A DNA stretch of 64,000 bases from Vulcanimicrobiota bacterium (GTDB taxonomy: Bacteria > Vulcanimicrobiota > Vulcanimicrobiia > Vulcanimicrobiales > Vulcanimicrobiaceae), in assembly GCA_963777315.1 (NCBI GenBank), contig CAVZQC010000001.1, forward strand, positions 128,001 through 192,000, written 5' to 3'. A program made the translations under genes and the position numbers. Under the pieces are notes generated by a model. The model made no database searches, was not told where the DNA came from, and worked only from the letters and a program-made list of their open reading frames with translations. Below are positions 57,841-64,000 of this stretch, piece by piece; the first letter of the stretch is position 1; the number at the start of each line of letters is the position of its first letter.

Positions 57841-58032
57841 CGGTGCTGTAGTCGGCCGCCCCGGCTAAGGGCACGCTCCAGGTCGCCACTGGAAAATCCA
57901 CTTCCTGTGGATTTTCCGCTCGCCCGCATTTTTGGCACAGCAAGCCTGGAAGCTGCCATCCGTGGCAGGGCCAAAAATGTCGGAGCGCGCCCCGAAGCAT
58001 GCCCTTAGCCGGGGCGGCCGACTACAGCACCG
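57841..58032 (-). repeat. 192-bp branched palindromic element (MITE-like or structured RNA)
   Basis: 33-bp perfect terminal IR CGGTGCTGTAGTCGGCCGCCCCGGCTAAGGGCA (57841-57873 / 58000-58032) plus nested stems. Confidence 0.85.
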
Positions 58033-58082
58033 CATTGAGCGTACCGGTAAGAGCTTGCGCAGCGATATGAGAACGGAGAAGC

Positions 58083-58985
58083 GTGAACTCGCCGCACAAA
58101 CCCGACGGCCCGAAGAGCGGCTGGGCCGAACGTCCGGACGACAAGCAATACGACGTAGCGCAAGGCGACGCGCAGCCGCGCGAGCAGCGAGCGCAAAATA
58201 CTGCCGCTAAAGGCCTGGGCGCGGCCGGCATCGGCATCGCGGTGCTGCTTGCCAAGTTCAAGACGCTGCTGCTCGTTTTGCTGAACTTCAAATGGGCGTT
58301 CGTGCTGCTCAAGGTGCTGTCGTACGGCGGATCGTTCCTTATTTCGCTGGTATTTTACGCGCTATTCTGGGGCTGGAAGTTTGCGCTCGTATTCGTCTTG
58401 ATGATCCTCGCGCACGAGATGGGGCATTACGTTACCATTCGCAACTACGGGCTGCCCGCAAGGCTGCCGATGTTCGTGCCGTTCATGGGCGCATACACCA
58501 TGGGTGGCGTGCCGCAGTCGCTCGAACACGACGCATATATCGCGTTGGCGGGCCCGCTGACCGGACTGGGCGTTTCCGCGGTGTGCCTGGCGTACGGCCA
58601 TCAAACCCACGATCAGTTCTGGTACATGGCTGCCAACGTCGGTGCCTTCATCAACCTGTTCAACATGATTCCGGCGCTGCCGTTCGACGGCGGCCGCATT
58701 GCCGGAGCGCTATCCCCGATTCTCTGGGTGTTCGGGTTTGCCGCCTTTCTCGGACTGTCGATTGCACTGCACGTTCCGTTCTTTTTCATCATCATCTTCG
58801 GTCTGCTCGCGCTGCCCAGCGCGATCGCCGGCTGGCGAGGTTACGTGGATCCGCGCTACGCGACGATGTCGCGCGCGGGGCGCGTGCGGGTAGGACTGTG
58901 GTACCTGGTCACGCTGTTCGCGCTCTTCTATCTGATGACGATCTCGCACGTGCAGGTTCCCCACGGGAGCGGTTTGCGGCTGTGA
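58083..58985 (+). CDS. M50 site-2 protease family
   Basis: HEMGH, ALAGP, FNMIPALPFDGGRI. Confidence 0.92.
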   Translation: MNSPHKPDGPKSGWAERPDDKQYDVAQGDAQPREQRAQNTAAKGLGAAGIGIAVLLAKFKTLLLVLLNFKWAFVLLKVLSYGGSFLISLVFYALFWGWKFALVFVLMILAHEMGHYVTIRNYGLPARLPMFVPFMGAYTMGGVPQSLEHDAYIALAGPLTGLGVSAVCLAYGHQTHDQFWYMAANVGAFINLFNMIPALPFDGGRIAGALSPILWVFGFAAFLGLSIALHVPFFFIIIFGLLALPSAIAGWRGYVDPRYATMSRAGRVRVGLWYLVTLFALFYLMTISHVQVPHGSGLRL

Positions 58986-60400
58986 CGCGCTGGGTTTTGC
59001 TGGTAATCGCGGGCGCTGCGGCAGCTGCCGCGTTACTATTTGCGCGTCCGCACCAAACGCCGGGACCGCCGATGCGCGATTTCGAAGCCTATTACGCCGC
59101 CGGTGCTGCTTGGCGCGCGGGCGAAGATCCGTACGGCGCGGCAATTTGGCGGTACGAAAAAGTCCTGGCCGGCGTGCAGCCCGCACGCTACGAGCTGCTG
59201 CCGTTCGTCGGGCCGCCCGCCATACTGCCGTTGTGGAGCGCGGTCGCGCGCTTGCCGTTCGCAGCGGCCAACCTTGCGTGGCGCGCGCTGCTCGTGCCCT
59301 GCGTTGCCGCCCTCGTGCTCGTTGCGCTGGGCTTGTGCAGGATACGGATTGCGCCGTTCTCGTTTGCTGCGGTTGCAGTCGCCGCGCTGGGCTTCGGTCC
59401 GATCACGAGCGCTGTTGCGCTGGGCCAAATCGCGTTGCCGTCGTTCGCCTGTGCGGCGCTGGCGCTGCTGTGGGCGCCCGCCGGAATCTTTGCCTGGGCG
59501 CAGCCCAACATCGCGCTGACGCTTGCATCGCAAGTGCCGCGCCGTGCGGGCGCGATCGCTTTCGTCGCCGGCATCGCCGCGTTCGCGTCGGCGTGCCTTA
59601 TCGTGGCCGGGCCGCAAGGTTGTCTGCGTTACCTGGCGGTTCTGCGCGCGCACGAACTCGCCGAGCGCTTTGCGCTCATTCAAATAACGCCCGCTGCGGT
59701 CGCCTATGGTTTCGGCGCGTCACCGGCCGCCGCAGCGACCGTCGGAATTGCCGTCAGTGCGTGCGCAATTGCGCTGTGGGTACTCTTCATGCTCAAACTG
59801 CGCGATAGCGCCGCTCGCTTTTGCGCTACCTGTGCGCTCGTGCCGGCGGCGATGCCGTTCTTTCACGAGCACGATCTGCTGATCGCTTTTCTGCCGGCGC
59901 TGTACTTCACCATGCGCTGCAGCGCGCGCGTGTGGCCGCTGGCTGCAGGCGGCGCCTTATTGTGCGCCACGGACTGGTTGGGTCTCGCGCAGCGCCCCGA
60001 TGGTATGCCGCAGACGCTGCTGCTCGTCGGCGCCGCCGGTATCGCGCTGTTTGCGCTGCGAAACGATCTCCACGCGCGCGCATTGGCAGCGCCCGCCGCG
60101 GTTCTGGCTCTCGTCGGCATCGCAGGCGCGTTCGCCTACGCGCATCCCGCGCCGGTTTGGCCGGACGCAATGCGAGCATTACCTGCGACGGTTCTGCACG
60201 GCAACGCCGCGCAGGTTTGGAGCGCCGAGCAGATCGCGGCCGGTCTGCTGGCGCGCAATCCGTTTTGCGCTATCCTGCGCTGCGGGTCGCTTGGGGGCTG
60301 CGCGCTGCTTGCGCTGGCCGCGTGCCTTCGGCGCCCCGACCGCGGCGATCAAATGTCGACGTTCATCATCTCGTCGAATTGCGTAACTGCGCCGGGGTGA
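58982..60400 (+). CDS. GT87/DUF2029-like polytopic membrane glycosyltransferase
   Basis: DFEAYYAAG..GEDPY, PFVGPP, ALGQ, PFFHEHD; many TMs; GTGA coupling with M50 gene. Confidence 0.65.
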   Translation: MTRWVLLVIAGAAAAAALLFARPHQTPGPPMRDFEAYYAAGAAWRAGEDPYGAAIWRYEKVLAGVQPARYELLPFVGPPAILPLWSAVARLPFAAANLAWRALLVPCVAALVLVALGLCRIRIAPFSFAAVAVAALGFGPITSAVALGQIALPSFACAALALLWAPAGIFAWAQPNIALTLASQVPRRAGAIAFVAGIAAFASACLIVAGPQGCLRYLAVLRAHELAERFALIQITPAAVAYGFGASPAAAATVGIAVSACAIALWVLFMLKLRDSAARFCATCALVPAAMPFFHEHDLLIAFLPALYFTMRCSARVWPLAAGGALLCATDWLGLAQRPDGMPQTLLLVGAAGIALFALRNDLHARALAAPAAVLALVGIAGAFAYAHPAPVWPDAMRALPATVLHGNAAQVWSAEQIAAGLLARNPFCAILRCGSLGGCALLALAACLRRPDRGDQMSTFIISSNCVTAPG

Positions 60401-61986
60401 AAGCCGCGCAGATCTTTATTGAAAAAGAAGATGTCTTCCGAGCCATAGATCACGACCGCCGGCGTGTCCTTTTGCAATTGGCGTTCGACGATTGCCACGT
60501 CCTGGTTTCGCTGCGCTTGATCGTAGTGGGCGAACAGGTCGTGCATCGCTTTATTGGCAGTGGGATTGCACCATCTGACGACGTTCTGCCCGTTGGGCGG
60601 GATCTGATCGCAGGCGTAGAGATTGGAGAAGTCGCCTATCGGGTCGTCGCCCCAGTTGACCAAAGCGACGTCCCATTTTCCGTTGTACAGTATGCCGCCG
60701 GCTTGATACGTGTCGAAGTACAGGTTGGCCGGATAATGCTTGACGACGAGACCGACGCCGATCTGCTTCCACCATTGACGTACCAGTTCGATCATGCGAT
60801 CCGTGTCGGGGGTGCCGATCGACGTAGCAAATTCCAAATTGAGTTTTTGCCCCTGCTTTGCGCGAACGCCGTCCGGACCGCGTTTCCAGCCTGCGGCATC
60901 CAACGTCCGGTTCGCTGCGGCAATGTCGAAGGGCACGAGCGCAATGCCGGGCTGCCAGTAGGGTGACGTGTGGGGAGCCGGCTGTTCCTGAAGGTAATTC
61001 GCACCGAACCGGATCTTTTGAATGATCGTGCGGCGGTCCATCGCTTGTTCGAGCGCATGCCGCACAGCGGCATCGCGCATGGCGGGTCGTTGAACGTTGA
61101 ATTCCATGTACGCCGTGTAATAGGCCGGCTGAAGTATGGCCGTGAAACCCGGGAGCGTGTTGAGGTGCTGTCCGATGTAGTAACTGCCGGGGACCGGGTA
61201 CCACAAATCCAGTACGTGCGCTTGCAGCGACGTCATCACCGTATTGCGATCGGGGATGATGTCGAAATCGATTTCCTTGAGCTTGGGCATGCCACGCCAA
61301 TACAGCGGATTGGGCACCATTACGACGCGCTGCGCACGTTCCCAAGCCTTGTACTTGAACGGCCCGATGCCGATCGGCAAAGAGTTGTACGCGACGTGGT
61401 TGATGTTCGGATATTGCGCCAGCAGGTGCTTGGGCAGTACGCACGGATTGGCGCCGCCGCTGGAGAAAAACGTCGTGACGAACGGTGAGTACGGTTTGCC
61501 GAGGTGGAAAACCACTGTGTACTTGTCGGGCTCGGCTGCCGTGGTGATTCTATCCCAGCCCGCGCGGCTGACGATATTGTTGGCCGGGTTCATGACGGCG
61601 TGATACGTCCACACGACGTCGTCGGCCGTAAACGGCGCCCCGTCGGACCATTTCACGCCCTTGCGCAGATGATACGTGATGGTCAGACCGTCGCGGCTCA
61701 CGCCGCCGTTCTGCATTGACGGCACCTGCGTCGCCAGTTCGGGGAAAGGATGGTTGTTGCGATCCCACTTCACCAGCCACGCCATGGTCAGCGAGGACAT
61801 CATGCCGAGCGTGGTTTGTTGGATCAGCAGCGGATTGAGCGATGAGACGTCTTCGGCGGTCGCGTAGCGCAGCACGTGCGGGCGCGTCCACGAATTGAAC
61901 CGCTCCTGCGTACCGCCGCCGCCTTGTTTGGAACACGCGGCGAACGCGAACGCGACGGCCAAAGCCAGTCCGAGGATGCGTCTCAT
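60349..61986 (-). CDS. Peptide ABC transporter substrate-binding lipoprotein (family 5)
   Basis: Lipobox FAAC; LRKGVKWSDGAPFTADDV; IGIGPFK. Confidence 0.92.
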   Translation of the reverse strand: MRRILGLALAVAFAFAACSKQGGGGTQERFNSWTRPHVLRYATAEDVSSLNPLLIQQTTLGMMSSLTMAWLVKWDRNNHPFPELATQVPSMQNGGVSRDGLTITYHLRKGVKWSDGAPFTADDVVWTYHAVMNPANNIVSRAGWDRITTAAEPDKYTVVFHLGKPYSPFVTTFFSSGGANPCVLPKHLLAQYPNINHVAYNSLPIGIGPFKYKAWERAQRVVMVPNPLYWRGMPKLKEIDFDIIPDRNTVMTSLQAHVLDLWYPVPGSYYIGQHLNTLPGFTAILQPAYYTAYMEFNVQRPAMRDAAVRHALEQAMDRRTIIQKIRFGANYLQEQPAPHTSPYWQPGIALVPFDIAAANRTLDAAGWKRGPDGVRAKQGQKLNLEFATSIGTPDTDRMIELVRQWWKQIGVGLVVKHYPANLYFDTYQAGGILYNGKWDVALVNWGDDPIGDFSNLYACDQIPPNGQNVVRWCNPTANKAMHDLFAHYDQAQRNQDVAIVERQLQKDTPAVVIYGSEDIFFFNKDLRGFHPGAVTQFDEMMNVDI

Positions 61987-63632
61987 ATCGAATACTCCCA
62001 CGGATTCCAGAACGCCGATATCACCGGCGAGGGAAGAAAGTTCTTCAGATCGGTGTTGTAGACGTACGGCTCTTTCCAAAAGAACAGAATGATGCTCGGA
62101 ACGTCCTTGGCCATCTGCTGCTGAACGATTGCGTAGTCGCGCCTGCGCCGGTTTCGGTCGAGCGTTTGCAATGCGTCGTTCATTGCCGCCGTTGCGACGG
62201 CGTTCGTCCAAAACAAGGCGTTTTGCCCGTGCGGGGCAAGGTTGTCCGCCGAATAGATCGCCGAGTCGTCGGGATCGGCCGATGCGCTCCAGCTGTAAAG
62301 TGCGGCATCGTAGTGGCCGCCCTGCAGCGTACCCGTCGTGCCGTTTTGAAACATCAGTTGCGAAGGCACGTTTTTCACGATCGCTTCCGCGCCGATCTCG
62401 TGCCATTGCCGCTGCAGCAGCGTTTGGATCTGGCGTGCGTAGTTGGCCTCCGCAATGCACGTGAGGTCGAAGGATAGGCGCCGGCCGTCTTTGACGCGGA
62501 TGCCGTCGCGGCCGCGGGTCCATCCATCCGCCTGCAAGATCTGCGAGGCTTTGGCCGGATCGAACTCATGATGTTCGAATGCATTCGTGTACGCCCAGGA
62601 GAGCTGCGGCGATTGGTCGGTCTGCGCCGCCACCGCCGAACCGTGCATCACTTTGTCGACCAGCTCCTGACGGTTCGTCGCGTACGCCAGGGCCACCCGG
62701 ACGCTGCGATCCGCGAACAACGGGCGACGCAAGTTGAAGTCGATGTGCGTGTACAGAAAGCTATCGACGCGGACTGCCCTAAGGCCCGAGCCCGGCCCGC
62801 TGATCTGCACGTACCTCGGCCAGCTCAGGCCCGTTCCGCGCGCGAGCAGGTCGATCTCGTGCGTCTGCAGCGCGGTAACCATCGTGTTTTCGTCGGGCAT
62901 GTAACGGAACACGATTTCCTTGAGCTTGGGCTTGCCCAAGAAATAGCGCGGGTTTGCCTCCAAGCGTATCTCGCTGCCGCGCTGCCACTGCAGAACCTTG
63001 AACGGACCGCTGCCGATGGGCATCGACTGATAGGGCGCGCTGTTGAAGGAGCCTTTGTCGTCGTTGTACTTCGCCAGCAAATGTTCGGGCAGGATCGCCG
63101 CGTTTCCGTTCACGCCCCACAGCTGCTGCAGATATGGCGCGTACATGCGTTTCATGTGAATGACCGCAACGTACGGATCGCTGCAGTCGATGTCGTTGAT
63201 GTCTTTATAGCCGTCGGTCGTGACGACGTTGTTGTGCGTGTTCATGACGGCTTGCCACGTAAAACGCAAGTCCCGGCACGTGAGCGGCTGACCGTCCTGC
63301 CACGTGACGTTATGCCGCAGCTTGTATTTGAGCGTGCGGCCGTCTTTGCTCACGTCGCCGTTCTCAACCGTGGGAATCTCCGAGAGCGCATCGGGAACCG
63401 GCTGCGCCTTGTCGTTGTAGCGCACGGCGTACGAATAGATGAACATCGACAAGTCGCCGGTGATCGCCGACGCGTTGAGCATCGGATTGAGCGACGACGG
63501 TTCGGCGTTTTCGGCAAACCGCAGGACGCCGGGGTGAGTCCACGCGTTTCCGCCGCCCGACGCGCCGCCTTGTTTGGTGCACGCGGCCAGCATGACGGCG
63601 GCGGCCAGCGCGGCCCCAAGGCGACTGTTCAT
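61983..63632 (-). CDS. Peptide ABC transporter substrate-binding lipoprotein (family 5)
   Basis: Lipobox LAAC; LRHNVTWQDG; IGSGPFK. Confidence 0.92.
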   Translation of the reverse strand: MNSRLGAALAAAVMLAACTKQGGASGGGNAWTHPGVLRFAENAEPSSLNPMLNASAITGDLSMFIYSYAVRYNDKAQPVPDALSEIPTVENGDVSKDGRTLKYKLRHNVTWQDGQPLTCRDLRFTWQAVMNTHNNVVTTDGYKDINDIDCSDPYVAVIHMKRMYAPYLQQLWGVNGNAAILPEHLLAKYNDDKGSFNSAPYQSMPIGSGPFKVLQWQRGSEIRLEANPRYFLGKPKLKEIVFRYMPDENTMVTALQTHEIDLLARGTGLSWPRYVQISGPGSGLRAVRVDSFLYTHIDFNLRRPLFADRSVRVALAYATNRQELVDKVMHGSAVAAQTDQSPQLSWAYTNAFEHHEFDPAKASQILQADGWTRGRDGIRVKDGRRLSFDLTCIAEANYARQIQTLLQRQWHEIGAEAIVKNVPSQLMFQNGTTGTLQGGHYDAALYSWSASADPDDSAIYSADNLAPHGQNALFWTNAVATAAMNDALQTLDRNRRRRDYAIVQQQMAKDVPSIILFFWKEPYVYNTDLKNFLPSPVISAFWNPWEYSI

Positions 63633-63717
63633 GAGCCGCTATTAGTTAGCAGGCCCGTGAAAAAATCCCCGCACGGTTCTCGCACCCCGCTTTTGGGCGC
63701 TTTCGGCGTTGGCGGTC

Positions 63718-64000
63718 CTATGGCGAGGTCGGGTTGATCGAGCTTTCGCCCAGCGCATACACGTAGGTCTGTTCGGATTGACGCAGCGTGTACACCGCGG
63801 TCAGTTCGCTGGTTTCGGCCGTCGTCAGATTCGTTTGCGCCTGCAACAACGAAAACAGCGTCGTAACGCCGGCGCGGTATTGCGCCTGCGTCGCGCGCAA
63901 GCTTTCCTGAGCGGCGGCCAATGCGGCCTGAGTCTGCGTCACGGCGGCCTGATCGGAGATCAGCCCCACCAAAGCCTGCTGCACGTTCAGCTCGACGCCG
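63718..64000 (-). CDS. TolC/OEP family outer-membrane protein, C-terminal part
   Basis: AAQESLRATQAQYRAGVTTLFSLLQAQ, OEP repeat signature; frame open to window edge. Confidence 0.8.
   Translation of the reverse strand, partial: GVELNVQQALVGLISDQAAVTQTQAALAAAQESLRATQAQYRAGVTTLFSLLQAQTNLTTAETSELTAVYTLRQSEQTYVYALGESSINPTSP

Noticed and set aside
57828..57974. N-terminal extension of NDH-2 and the opposite ORF 57932-58210 sharing ALSRGGRLQHR
   Set aside because: Both peptides are translations of the inverted repeat, not real protein sequence.
57841..58032. 6S RNA call
   Set aside because: Length fits, but the long perfect stem and branched GGA hairpins do not resemble the 6S central bubble; left uncalled pending an Rfam search.
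1..64000. CRISPR array or cas genes
   Set aside because: No regularly spaced direct repeats or cas-like ORFs seen.

Overview
GC-rich bacterial chromosome segment, mostly core genes. The gene repertoire suggests a soil diderm such as Candidatus Eremiobacterota/Vulcanimicrobiota, but that is inference only. Left to right: BlaI/M56 regulatory pair; peptidases and hydrolases; an intact IS3-family element (8765-10015) that has split an orphan gene just downstream of tmRNA; uvrC; tRNA-Pro; trkA pair; a long mutS-mutL-osmC-miaA-hfq-dapF-GNAT-radical SAM-antiporter run with miaB upstream; der-plsY-efp; a GGDEF-EAL gene; a hopanoid cluster (idi-hpnCDE-shc-hpnH-hpnA-hpnG plus divergent hpnK-hpnI); fumC; tandem M55 D-aminopeptidases; a DRE-TIM synthase; NDH-2; site-2 protease; GT87-like protein; two peptide ABC binding proteins; and a TolC fragment. 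The most notable accessory locus is a split-borosin RiPP pair: an 89-aa SonA-like precursor with a Pro-rich tail plus a SonM-like alpha-N-methyltransferase (53626-54792). It is transcribed divergently from a coupled adenylate cyclase-STAND-TPR gene and an S9 peptidase. Also notable are a 192-bp branched palindromic element with GGA-loop hairpins upstream of ndh, and a one-piece tmRNA with an alphaproteobacterial-type GGCAGUA T-loop. All calls come from reading the sequence by eye; no searches or folding were run.
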